From Chloroflexota bacterium (GTDB lineage: Bacteria > Chloroflexota > Dehalococcoidia > Lucifugimonadales > UBA3495): a stretch of DNA of 64,000 bases. The notes beneath the pieces were generated by a model. That model made no database searches and was not told the DNA's origin. It saw nothing but the letters and a program-made list of their open reading frames with translations. A program made the translations under genes and the position numbers. The stretch is from assembly GCA_027623675.1 (NCBI GenBank), contig JAQBVF010000021.1, forward strand, positions 11,955 to 75,954, read 5' to 3'. Below, in pieces: positions 18,651 to 27,749 of the stretch (within the stretch, counting starts at the first letter, position 1; the number at the start of each line of letters is the position of its first letter).

Positions 18651-19025
18651 ATGTTCACCAGATTGGCGTTTCCCCTTTTGTTCTTCTTGGCGCCGCGGAT
18701 GCTGCCCAAGATATTCAGGTTCCTCCGCCTGGTCTGGCGGCTGACCTTCGACAAACGGGTTTCCATATTTCTGCGGGCGCTGGTGCCTCTGGCCCTCTTG
18801 TATGTCATCTCACCCATCGACCTGATAAAAGACAATCTCCCCTACGGCGTCGGGCGGTTCGACGACCTCATAATCCTGGGGTTGGCCCTGCTTTTCCTGA
18901 CCAAGTTAGCTCCGCCCAGGGTCGTTGACGAGCACATGGGACGCGTGCCGCCGTCGGACCGACCGGAAGACAAGGACCCTGAAAAAGTGGTCGACGGCAG
19001 AAGCAGGCTGATTGACGACGAGTAA
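18651..19025 (+). CDS. YkvA/DUF1232-family membrane protein
   Basis: LYVISPIDLI.D...G.FDD. Confidence 0.85.
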   Translation: MFTRLAFPLLFFLAPRMLPKIFRFLRLVWRLTFDKRVSIFLRALVPLALLYVISPIDLIKDNLPYGVGRFDDLIILGLALLFLTKLAPPRVVDEHMGRVPPSDRPEDKDPEKVVDGRSRLIDDE

Positions 19026-20259
19026 CGCTTCTCAGGCAAGCCCAGGCATCGTTCCCGCATCTGGAATGGGATTCTACGTACACGTCCCATTCTGCAAGAC
19101 CAAGTGCCCCTACTGCGACTTCAACACCTACCAGGGCATCGACAACCTCATGGAGCCGTTCCTGCCGGCGGTCAGGGCCGAGATTGAATGCTGGGGCGAA
19201 ACACTGGCCCTCCCACCGGTCCGTTCAGCCGTGAAATCGGTCTTCTTCGGCGGCGGCACCCCTTCCTACCTGCCCGCTGGCCATATCGAAAAGATACTCG
19301 AATCGATACAGTCGTCCTTCCGGGTTGCCCCCGGCGCCGAGATCACCATCGAAGCCAACCCCGGCGACCTGGACGCCGCGGGCTGCGCCGGCATCCTCGG
19401 CCAGGGAGTGAACCGGCTGAGCATCGGAGTGCAGAGCCTGGACAACGACCTGCTTAACCTGCTGGGCCGGCGCCACCAAGCCTCGGAGGCCATCGAGGCC
19501 TTCCAGACCGCCCGCCAGGCCGGTTTCGACAACGTCAACCTGGACCTGATGTACGGACTGCCCAACCAGTCCATGGACCAGTGGCGCCAGACCCTGGACA
19601 CACTGGTTAACCTGACACCGGAGCACATCTCCCTCTACGCCCTGGGCATCGAGGAAGGCACGCCGATGCACCGCTGGTTGGAAGAAGGAAAGATTCCCCA
19701 GCCGGACCCCGACCTGGCGGCCGACATGTACCAGTACGCCCGCGAGGCGCTGGCAGCCGCCGGCTACCACCACTATGAGATATCCAACTGGTCGCTGCCC
19801 GGCAAGGCCTGCGCCCATAACCTGGTCTACTGGGAGAACGGTCCCTATCTGGGTGTTGGCCCCGGCGCCCATTCCCGGCTGGGAGACCACCGGTTCTGGA
19901 CCGTCCTCTCGCCCCGCGGCTACCTGGACAAAGCCATCGCCTGGGCTGGCGCGAACCCTGAGCCGGCGGCTGGATCGCTAGAAACCGTGCTCCAAGGAGT
20001 CCCAACCCTGTCCGGCTGGGAGCAAATCAGCCAAGAAACCGCCTGCTCCGAAACCATGTTCCTGGGGCTGCGCCTGCTGGACGGCCTGGACCTGACCGCC
20101 GCCTCCACCCAAACCGGCGTCGACCTGGCCAAAAAGTTCGAAACCCCGATCCAAGAGTGCATCCAACTGGGCCTCCTGGAACAGGAAGGCAACTGCCTCA
20201 AGTTGACCAAGCCGGCATACCTGGTAGCCAACCAAGCGTTCACGCGGTTCTTGGAGTAG
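19012..20259 (+). CDS. hemW: Radical SAM heme chaperone HemW (start may be ATG 19066)
   Basis: YVHVPFC..KC.YCDFN, FFGGGTPS, YEISN, HNLVYW. Confidence 0.92.
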   Translation: MTTSNASQASPGIVPASGMGFYVHVPFCKTKCPYCDFNTYQGIDNLMEPFLPAVRAEIECWGETLALPPVRSAVKSVFFGGGTPSYLPAGHIEKILESIQSSFRVAPGAEITIEANPGDLDAAGCAGILGQGVNRLSIGVQSLDNDLLNLLGRRHQASEAIEAFQTARQAGFDNVNLDLMYGLPNQSMDQWRQTLDTLVNLTPEHISLYALGIEEGTPMHRWLEEGKIPQPDPDLAADMYQYAREALAAAGYHHYEISNWSLPGKACAHNLVYWENGPYLGVGPGAHSRLGDHRFWTVLSPRGYLDKAIAWAGANPEPAAGSLETVLQGVPTLSGWEQISQETACSETMFLGLRLLDGLDLTAASTQTGVDLAKKFETPIQECIQLGLLEQEGNCLKLTKPAYLVANQAFTRFLE

Positions 20260-20350
20260 GCCTGACTGGCCGGCCACGCTATTCCATCCAGGCAGCGAGT
20301 GCTATCCTGTAATTATTCCGCTCTAGAGGCCGCCCGATGACAGCAACGAC

Positions 20351-20578
20351 ATGATAAATGAACTCGACACAATAGTCCTCACCCACGACGTAAGGGAACA
20401 CAGTCTGCAACAGGGCGACATTGGCACAGTGGTCCACTGCTATCCTGCTGGCGGTTTTGAGGTTGAATTCGTCACTGGAGAAGGGAGCACGGCGGCGGTC
20501 CTTACCCTTGCCGGTGACGACATCCGCCCCATGGGCAAGGGCGAGATTTTACATGCCCGCGAATACGACGCTGCGTGA
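20351..20578 (+). CDS. DUF4926-family small protein
   Basis: ELD.VVL..D.....L..GDIGTVVH.Y....FEVEF. Confidence 0.8.
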   Translation: MINELDTIVLTHDVREHSLQQGDIGTVVHCYPAGGFEVEFVTGEGSTAAVLTLAGDDIRPMGKGEILHAREYDAA

Positions 20579-20588
20579 TTACTGAGCC

Positions 20589-22454
20589 ATGTACGTAATA
20601 GGCACCGCCGGCCACGTGGACCACGGAAAGTCCACGCTGGTTAAGACGCTAACCGACATTGACCCCGACCGCTTCCCTGAAGAGAAGGCCAGGGAGATGA
20701 CGATCGACCTGGGCTTTGCCTGGATGACGCTGCCCAGCGGACGGGAGGTCAGCATCGTCGACGTCCCCGGCCACGAACGGTTCATCAAGAACATGCTGGC
20801 CGGCGTGGGCGCCATCGACCTGGCCCTGCTCATCGTCGCCGCGGACGAAAGCGTCATGCCCCAGACCAGGGAGCACCTGGCCATCCTCGACATCCTACAG
20901 ATCACCCGCGGCCTAGTGGTCATCACCAAGACGGACCTGGCCGACGAGGAGATGGTCGAGCTGGTCAAGGCCGAGGTGGAAGACACCCTGAAGGGCACGT
21001 CTTTCGAGGGCTGCCCCATGGTCGGCGTCTCGGCCTACAGCGGCGACGGCATGGACGAACTGAAAGCCACCATCGACAGCATCCTGGACGTTACCGAGGC
21101 CAGGAAAGACCTGGGCCGGCCCCGTCTGCCCATCGACCGGTGCTTCACCATCTCCGGGTTCGGCACGGTGGTCACGGGCACGCTGATCGACGGCACCTTG
21201 ACCGTGGGACAGGAGGTCGAGCTAGCCGGGTCAGGGCATAGGGCCAGGGTCAGAGGGCTCCAAAGTCACAAGACCAAGGTGGACACCACCGACCCCGGGG
21301 TCCGGCTGGCCGTGAACCTGTCCGGCCTCTCCCGGGAGGATGTCGAACGCGGCGAGATACTGACCGTGCCCGGCTGGCTCAAGCCCACCTACCGCCTGGA
21401 CGCCCGCATGCGCATGGTCAAGAACGCCCCCCACCCCCTGAAACACAATCAGGGCGTCACCTTTCATCTGTTCACCAGCGAGTCGCCGGCGCGGATCAGG
21501 CTGCTGGACGCCGACCGGCTTTCCGCCGGCGAAGAGGGCTGGGTCCAGCTACTGCTCTCCGAGCCGCTGCCGGTGGTCAAGGGTGACTTTTTCGTCATCC
21601 GTTCCGCCGAGGACACCCTGGGCGGCGGCCAGATCATCGACCCCAACCCACGCCGGCGCTACAAGCGGTTCGACGACGATGTTGTGGAACGGCTGATGAC
21701 CCTGGACCAGGGCACGGGCGGCGACATCATCATCAGCGTGGCTGAGCAATGGGGACCGTGTGACCTGACGACCCTCTCCCAGCGGACCAACCTTCCCAGA
21801 GAGGAAGTAACGGAACGGGTGGCCCAACTGACCGGGGAAGGGCACCTGATGACCCTGGGCGATTTCGGGACCGACGCCGAAGCCGTGGTCTACTCGGCCC
21901 AAGGATGGGACGTGCTCAAGAGCAAGGTCCTCTCCGCGCTCCAGCTCTTCCATACCCAGTTCCCGTTGCGGCCGGGCATACCCGCTCAGGAGATACGCAG
22001 CCGCCTAAGCCTCTCCCAGCCGGTCTTCCAGCGGACGTTGGCCCGGCTCAGCCAGGACGGCGCCGTGGTGGACGAACGGCAATCCCTGCGTCTGCCCGGT
22101 CACGAGATCACCCTAACTCCAAAGATGGAAGAAGAGGCGTCTGCCTACTTGAAGTCTCTGCGGAAAGACCCCTATTCTCCATCCAGCGACCAGCCGGTCA
22201 ACTCGGAACTCTTGGGCGTGCTCATCGACCAGGGAAAGGTGGTTAGGGTGGCCGACGGAATCATCTTCGACTCGGCCGCCTACCGCGAGATGACCGACCG
22301 CATCGTCCAGCACCTGAAGGACCAGGGCAATATAACGGTTGCCGAGGCACGGACCATGTTCGACACCAGCCGCAAATACATCCTGCCCTTCCTGGAACAC
22401 ATGGACCAACTGCAGATCACCCGCCGCACCGGCGACGAACGGGTCTTGAGGTAA
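20589..22454 (+). CDS. selB: Selenocysteine-specific elongation factor
   Basis: GTAGHVDHGKS, DVPGHERFIKNM, MPQTREH, C-terminal winged-helix SRKY..P.LE..D....T.R.GD.R. Confidence 0.97.
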   Translation: MYVIGTAGHVDHGKSTLVKTLTDIDPDRFPEEKAREMTIDLGFAWMTLPSGREVSIVDVPGHERFIKNMLAGVGAIDLALLIVAADESVMPQTREHLAILDILQITRGLVVITKTDLADEEMVELVKAEVEDTLKGTSFEGCPMVGVSAYSGDGMDELKATIDSILDVTEARKDLGRPRLPIDRCFTISGFGTVVTGTLIDGTLTVGQEVELAGSGHRARVRGLQSHKTKVDTTDPGVRLAVNLSGLSREDVERGEILTVPGWLKPTYRLDARMRMVKNAPHPLKHNQGVTFHLFTSESPARIRLLDADRLSAGEEGWVQLLLSEPLPVVKGDFFVIRSAEDTLGGGQIIDPNPRRRYKRFDDDVVERLMTLDQGTGGDIIISVAEQWGPCDLTTLSQRTNLPREEVTERVAQLTGEGHLMTLGDFGTDAEAVVYSAQGWDVLKSKVLSALQLFHTQFPLRPGIPAQEIRSRLSLSQPVFQRTLARLSQDGAVVDERQSLRLPGHEITLTPKMEEEASAYLKSLRKDPYSPSSDQPVNSELLGVLIDQGKVVRVADGIIFDSAAYREMTDRIVQHLKDQGNITVAEARTMFDTSRKYILPFLEHMDQLQITRRTGDERVLR

Positions 22455-22460
22455 GTCGGC

Positions 22461-23672
22461 TTGGGACTGGACATGGGCCAGACGGTCCTCCAATTGGACC
22501 AACTCACCCTATCGGTGCGCGGCGCCAGCGAGACCCGGGAAGAGCGGCTCACGGCCCTGATGAACGCCGCGGCCGGCATCGACCCCGTCAACGCCGCCGA
22601 GATGACCTCCGACACCAGGCAGCGCCCCTACCTGGCCGCAGAGGTGGAGGAATCTCTGCTGGGGGTCTACCCACCGCCCGATACCCCGCCCGACTGGACC
22701 GTGGCTGCCGTTGACGGCTCGCACATCGACGTCGACCGGCATCTGCCCGTACCGTGTTACCTGTTGAACTTCGGCGGCTGTGTGCTGACCTACGGCTCCC
22801 GGCCCGACGCCACCCTTTTCAGCCACCCTCACCTGGCTGTTACCGAGGATGAGCTATACATCCGCGATTCCAAGAACCGGAACCAAGAGGAGCTGATCAG
22901 CGGCGGACTCCTGGGCCTGGTGCGCACAGTTAAAGAACTGGAAACCCTGGCGAATACGGTGGAACGATGCCCGCCCGGCACGCCGGTCCTGGGTCTGGTT
23001 GACGGCTCGCTGGTGATGTGGCCCCTGTCCGGCCAGGCCTACCGTCCCTATATCACCGACGCCATCGTCCGCGACGGCCTGCTGCCGGCGATGAAGCGCC
23101 TGAAGCAACTTGGCGAGACCCGGCCTGTCGCCCTGGCCGCCTACGTGTCCTATCCGCGCAGCACTGAGGCGGTTAACGCCGTGCGCTGTTCACTGTGTCC
23201 CTACGACGCCGGCGTCTGCGCCCAGTCATGCAACAATCGCCGGTCCACCCAGCAGCCCTGCGCCCAGGCCAACGACTTCCTGGACCGCGACCTGTTCCAA
23301 CGACTGCTGCAGCCGGGCTGGCGTTCGCCGGTCTACAAGACCAACTCGTCAGTTTCCCGGGAATCCTACGACGAAGCCAACAAGGTCTACTTCTTCTACG
23401 TGAACGCCGGTGAGGAGATCGGGCGGGTCGAGGTCCCCAAGTGGGTTGCCAAGAACGAGACCCTGCTCGCCCTAACCCATAGTCTGGTCTACGACCAGTG
23501 CCAGCGGGGCCAGGGCTACCCGGTGGCCATCTCCGAATCCCACGAGCAGGCGGTGATCAACGGGGGAGACCGCCGCGTCTTCCGCCGCATGCTGACCGAC
23601 TCCCTAGAACGCCAGGGCCTATCCGCCGCCACCTCCCAGAAAGACCGCTCCAAACGCTCACCCTGGGTCTAG
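22461..23672 (+). CDS. nurA: NurA-family nuclease
   Basis: AVDGSHI.VD.H, LVDGSL, RVEVP.W, GYPVA.SE.HEQAVI. Confidence 0.85.
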   Translation: MGLDMGQTVLQLDQLTLSVRGASETREERLTALMNAAAGIDPVNAAEMTSDTRQRPYLAAEVEESLLGVYPPPDTPPDWTVAAVDGSHIDVDRHLPVPCYLLNFGGCVLTYGSRPDATLFSHPHLAVTEDELYIRDSKNRNQEELISGGLLGLVRTVKELETLANTVERCPPGTPVLGLVDGSLVMWPLSGQAYRPYITDAIVRDGLLPAMKRLKQLGETRPVALAAYVSYPRSTEAVNAVRCSLCPYDAGVCAQSCNNRRSTQQPCAQANDFLDRDLFQRLLQPGWRSPVYKTNSSVSRESYDEANKVYFFYVNAGEEIGRVEVPKWVAKNETLLALTHSLVYDQCQRGQGYPVAISESHEQAVINGGDRRVFRRMLTDSLERQGLSAATSQKDRSKRSPWV

Positions 23673-23763
23673 ACGGATCCCGCAGGCTCGGTCGGGGACA
23701 CAGGCAACACCCCTTGGCAACAACCCTGGCCACCAACCCACTCACCCCAACAGGAGCGCCAAG

Positions 23764-24738
23764 ATGCTAACCACCCGACTCTCCACACTGCTGGGAATCG
23801 ACTTCCCGATAATCAATGCGCCGATGACTGGGACCGCCACCGCCACTCTGGCCGCCGCCGTCTCCAAAGCCGGGGCTTTCGGGATGATTGGCGCCAGGCT
23901 GGACCCTGACCCGGCCTGGCTGAAAGAGCAGATACGGGCCGTCAGGGAGAAAACCGACCGGCCCTTCGGCGTCGGATTCATCTCCTCCGCCGCCGGCATC
24001 GAGCGGAACGTCGAAGCGGCACTGGAAGCCAAGGTGGCCGCCATCAGTCACTCGTTCGCCGACCCAGCGCCCTTCATTCACCAGGCCCAGGGCAGCGGCG
24101 TCAAGGTCTTCGCTCAGGTGCAGACCATGGCCGATGCTCGAAGCGCGGTTAACGCCGGGGCCGATGTCATCATCGCCCAGGGGAGCGAGGCCGGCGGGCA
24201 CACCGGCCAGTTGGGCACATTGTCCTTCGTGCGGGCGGTGGTCAAGATCGCCGGGGAGATACCGGTGGTGGCCGCCGGCGGCATCGCGGACGGCCCAGGT
24301 CTGGCGGCCGCCTTGATGCTGGGGGCCGAAGGCGCGTGGCTGGGGACCCGCTTCGTGGCCAGCATGGAATGGGCCGGCGCCGAGTGGGCCAAAGGCCAGG
24401 TGGTCATCGCCGACACCGACGACACCATCCTCACCAAAGTCTACGATCTGGTCTCAGACGCGCCCTTCCCATTTGAGGTCGGCGACCGGGTGATCGCCAA
24501 TCGCTTCACCGACACCTGGCACGGCCGGGAAACCGAGATGATGGCCCGGAAAAGCGAACTGAGCGAGGATATCGCCACCGCCGTCGCTGCCGAAGACGCC
24601 ACCACGGCGCCGGTCCGGGCGGGGGCCGCATCCGGCCTGATCCGCTCCATCGAGCCCGCGTCATACATACTCCGCGAGATCGTCTCCCAAGCCGAAGACA
24701 TCCTCAAGAACCGCCCGCAGAAGCTGCTGGGCGGCTAG
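23764..24738 (+). CDS. Nitronate monooxygenase / FabK-like flavoenzyme
   Basis: PIINAPM, AQGSEAGGH, PVVAAGGIADG, GTRFVAS. Confidence 0.92.
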   Translation: MLTTRLSTLLGIDFPIINAPMTGTATATLAAAVSKAGAFGMIGARLDPDPAWLKEQIRAVREKTDRPFGVGFISSAAGIERNVEAALEAKVAAISHSFADPAPFIHQAQGSGVKVFAQVQTMADARSAVNAGADVIIAQGSEAGGHTGQLGTLSFVRAVVKIAGEIPVVAAGGIADGPGLAAALMLGAEGAWLGTRFVASMEWAGAEWAKGQVVIADTDDTILTKVYDLVSDAPFPFEVGDRVIANRFTDTWHGRETEMMARKSELSEDIATAVAAEDATTAPVRAGAASGLIRSIEPASYILREIVSQAEDILKNRPQKLLGG

Positions 24739-24835
24739 GCCCATTCACTAAAGGCCTCTTTACTGACACGGCACCAAGTCATTGGTCCGGCAGGACAATA
24801 AGCGCCCTCGGCCAGCGAGGCGCCTAGCCCAAAAC

Positions 24836-24924
24836 TGTCATTCTGACGAGTGAAGCGAGGAAGAATCTGCCAATTCTCAACTTGGCAGACCCTTCGACCT
24901 TCCCCAGAAGGACTCAGAGTGGCA
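24836..24924 (+). repeat. Palindromic REP/MITE-like element, family 2, copy 1
   Basis: TGTCATTCTGA...TCAGAGTGGCA inverted ends; aligns with the reverse complement of 37065-37144. Confidence 0.8.
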
Positions 24925-25040
24925 ATTTAGAAGCGGCTTTCCTACCTTTAGACCGTTGCTTTGATGACGACGCACCGTAGCAGGGAACGGTTAGGACCCT
25001 CGGTGCATCGGGAAGACTCTCAATGTAGCCGGATATCGAG

Positions 25041-26234
25041 CTACGGTTGCGACCCACCCAAGTACTCAACCAAGTCTGACACCGCATCAAAGCGCCCAAC
25101 GGTCTTAAGAAATTCCTCCATGCTCTCGGCCTCTGCTTGCAGTTCCTTCAGTTGGCCGCCGATGGGGCTGACGGAGGCGGCGCCGGTGGCGTAGGAGCCG
25201 TGGAAGGCGAAGAAGGCTTGGTTGATCCTACGGATGAAGTACCCGTTGTCAGCCAGGAATTGCCTGCGGTCATCCATGTAGGATTCGGCCTCTTCGATCT
25301 TGCCTTCGGCCAGGAGGGCTTCGGCGGTCAGGCGGGTCTCGCGCATCGCTTCCCTGAAGTCGAACATCTCCGGATCGACCGGGCCGGTGGCCGGCTGCCG
25401 GTCGACAACCTCTCCGGTCATAGCGGTGAAAGCTCTATCGCCGATGATCTCGCCCCCGATGGACGCCGCCGTCTCATTCAGAGTGGTCATGTCGGCGTTG
25501 TCCCAGAAGTGCTGGCCCAGGGGTTGAAAGAAGAACCAATGGTGCAGCCACTCGTGGGCCGTTGTGACCAGGGCGTTGTGCAGGCTTCCCGAGTCCGATA
25601 CCACGCTGGGGTAGGTCGCCACGCCGCCGGTGCTGACGATCAAGGCCGACACGTTGTCCTCCTGGAGAATCAGGTCTTCCAGCCGCCCTCGTTCCGAGTC
25701 TGAGATTCCGGGTTTAAGCAGTGTTGAACTGGTCTGGGCGATGCGGTCGCGCGGGGAGGTTACCAGCACCCCCGGCGAGGCGGCGTAAACCGTGTCCACC
25801 GGCGGGAATATGACACCGATGCGCGACGAGAAACCCTCTTGGACCAAGACAGCGCTGATCTCCGACTCCAGCGTCTCCTCAACGGCGGCCTGCATCTCAC
25901 TGCGCCGCAGCCGTAGTTCCTCCACCTGCCGTGAGGCATCATCTTGGGCGCCGTTCGCCCTTTCCAGGTCCCTGATCCGCGCCCCCAGATCGAAATATTC
26001 CTGGGCCTGGGCGATGCGCCGTTCTCGAGCTGGCTCCGAGTTCCAGGGCAAGATGTCCTGGAACTTATTCACCCACTTGTCCGACAGGTTTTCCATCTCC
26101 CAACGCAGCAGGCTGTACCTGTAGGGCGCCACCGCGACATCGCTGGCGGAGGGGCGGTCGCCGGCGTTAACCGCGCCCAGCAGCACCAGTGTGACGACAG
26201 TGAGCATCAGGGACCGTTTGGCTATCTTAAACAC
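25041..26234 (-). CDS. Exported hypothetical protein with HEXXH motif (putative zinc metallopeptidase)
   Basis: N-terminal signal-like segment; AHEWLH and downstream NETAA. Confidence 0.65.
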   Translation of the reverse strand: MFKIAKRSLMLTVVTLVLLGAVNAGDRPSASDVAVAPYRYSLLRWEMENLSDKWVNKFQDILPWNSEPARERRIAQAQEYFDLGARIRDLERANGAQDDASRQVEELRLRRSEMQAAVEETLESEISAVLVQEGFSSRIGVIFPPVDTVYAASPGVLVTSPRDRIAQTSSTLLKPGISDSERGRLEDLILQEDNVSALIVSTGGVATYPSVVSDSGSLHNALVTTAHEWLHHWFFFQPLGQHFWDNADMTTLNETAASIGGEIIGDRAFTAMTGEVVDRQPATGPVDPEMFDFREAMRETRLTAEALLAEGKIEEAESYMDDRRQFLADNGYFIRRINQAFFAFHGSYATGAASVSPIGGQLKELQAEAESMEEFLKTVGRFDAVSDLVEYLGGSQP

Positions 26235-26252
26235 AAGCGCATCCGGAACGGG

Positions 26253-27419
26253 TTAGGCCAGCACCCGGTAGCGGTAACTGGACTCCAACAGATCGCCTTC
26301 TTGGAACCGGCTGAAACGCAGCGGCGAGATATCCAAGGTGTTGGAGACCCCCTCGACGATCAGCTCCGCCAAGGTGACCCCGATCATGGGGGAGAGCTTG
26401 AAGCCGTGGCCGCTGAAGCCCACCGCGCAATACAGGCCCTCGATGCCGGGCACCGCATCCAGAATGGGGTGCCAGTCTGGCGTCGTGGTGAATAGGCCCG
26501 ACCAGCCGCCCCGATAATAAGCCTCAGACATTGCCGGTATGCGCCGCGCCAACCGTCCCAAAGCGTCGGCCATCACGTCCATATCCACGCCCTGGTTGTA
26601 GGTCTCCACCTCCACTTCCTCCTCGGGGCCAAAACCCATCATGGTCAGGGAGTTGCCGTCGGGCCGGAAGGAGAAAGACTGGGCAATGTCTCCCACCGTG
26701 GGATGCAGCGGCAGCTTGTCCACCGGACGTGTCAGGGAAGCGACTTGGTGCCGCACGGGCACCAAAGGCACGTCCACGCCCATTTCACCCAACACGCGCT
26801 TCGACCATGGACCCGCCGCCACCACGGCCACGGGGGTCTCCACCCTACCCTCCGGGGTCACGACAGCCCTGACCCGGCCGCCGGAGACTTCGATGTGGGT
26901 GGCCTCGTTCCTCAGGGTGATCTCCGCACCCATCTCCCTGGCCCTGGCCGCGTAAGACGTGGTTACCATATAGGGGTCGGCGTATCCCGACTGGGGCTCC
27001 CAGGCCATGTATTCGTCGTCGCTCACCGCAACCATGGGCGCGATGTCCCGCAGGTCGAGGGCGGTGACCCGCATGGTGTCGATGCCCAGGTCGTACTGCA
27101 TCGCCACGTTATGGGCCAGCCCGGCGCTGTCATCTTCCTTCACCACCACCAGGTAGCCAGTCTCAACGAACCCCGACTCTCCGCCCACCACCTCATTGAA
27201 GTTGGTGAAGATGCCCAGACTCTCCCAGGCCATCTTGGCGGTTATGGGGTTGGAATAGTGCATCCGGCAGATGGCCTGCGAGCGCCCGGTAGAGCCTGAG
27301 CCGAGCACGTCTTTCTCCAACAGCAGGGTGTCGGTCACGCCCAAGCGGCCCAGGTTGAACAGGATGCTGGTCCCGATCACGCCGCCGCCAATCATTACTA
27401 CATCAGCCGTCGCTTTCAT
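26253..27419 (-). CDS. FAD-dependent oxidoreductase (sarcosine oxidase beta / DAO family)
   Basis: IGGGVIG, GSGSTGRS, TPDWHPIL, GFSGHGFKLSP. Confidence 0.9.
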   Translation of the reverse strand: MKATADVVMIGGGVIGTSILFNLGRLGVTDTLLLEKDVLGSGSTGRSQAICRMHYSNPITAKMAWESLGIFTNFNEVVGGESGFVETGYLVVVKEDDSAGLAHNVAMQYDLGIDTMRVTALDLRDIAPMVAVSDDEYMAWEPQSGYADPYMVTTSYAARAREMGAEITLRNEATHIEVSGGRVRAVVTPEGRVETPVAVVAAGPWSKRVLGEMGVDVPLVPVRHQVASLTRPVDKLPLHPTVGDIAQSFSFRPDGNSLTMMGFGPEEEVEVETYNQGVDMDVMADALGRLARRIPAMSEAYYRGGWSGLFTTTPDWHPILDAVPGIEGLYCAVGFSGHGFKLSPMIGVTLAELIVEGVSNTLDISPLRFSRFQEGDLLESSYRYRVLA

Positions 27420-27536
27420 TTCTCGTCCGCCTTTCTTATTCCCCTCTTTTGGTGTAGCAGTCCCGGCTTAACCGACTATACAGGCATGGCTGTGGCATGG
27501 AAACACCGCGGTATCTCGGCTTTCCCGACATGATTG

Positions 27537-27565
27537 TTGACAGTCTTTTATAGCTGGAGTAGACT
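27537..27565 (+). promoter_or_regulatory. Sigma70-type promoter
   Basis: TTGACA (27537-27542), 17-bp spacer, TAGACT (27560-27565). Confidence 0.75.
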
Positions 27566-27573
27566 CGATGACA

Positions 27574-27642
27574 ATGGTGAAGGTAAACCGAATCCCCGCC
27601 GCGTCTTGTTGTACCTGTACACGTTACATAGGGATCAGATAA
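27574..27642 (+). CDS. Cysteine-rich leader peptide MVKVNRIPAASCCTCTRYIGIR (alternative ATG 27568)
   Basis: Translated by hand; TGT TGT ACC TGT at 27607-27618; ATG at the predicted +1; precedes an attenuator and sulfite reductase. Confidence 0.75.
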   Translation: MVKVNRIPAASCCTCTRYIGIR

Positions 27643-27690
27643 CCTTCTGCGAAAAATAGACCTCATCTAAAACGACAGTTAGGAACCCCT

Positions 27691-27728
27691 GAGCCCGCCA
27701 ATGCGAAGAGTTGGTGGGTTTTTTATTT
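27691..27728 (+). terminator. Leader attenuator (intrinsic terminator) of the sulfite reductase operon
   Basis: GAGCCCGCCAAT / GTTGGTGGGTTT stem followed by a T-rich tract, about 20 nt before the TTG start. Confidence 0.8.
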
Positions 27729-27749
27729 GCCCAAAATTCGGAGGACAAG

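Noticed and set aside
27655..27730. SAM (S-box) riboswitch or T-box upstream of sulfite reductase
   Set aside because: No S-box core or T-box consensus visible; the Cys leader peptide explains the terminator better
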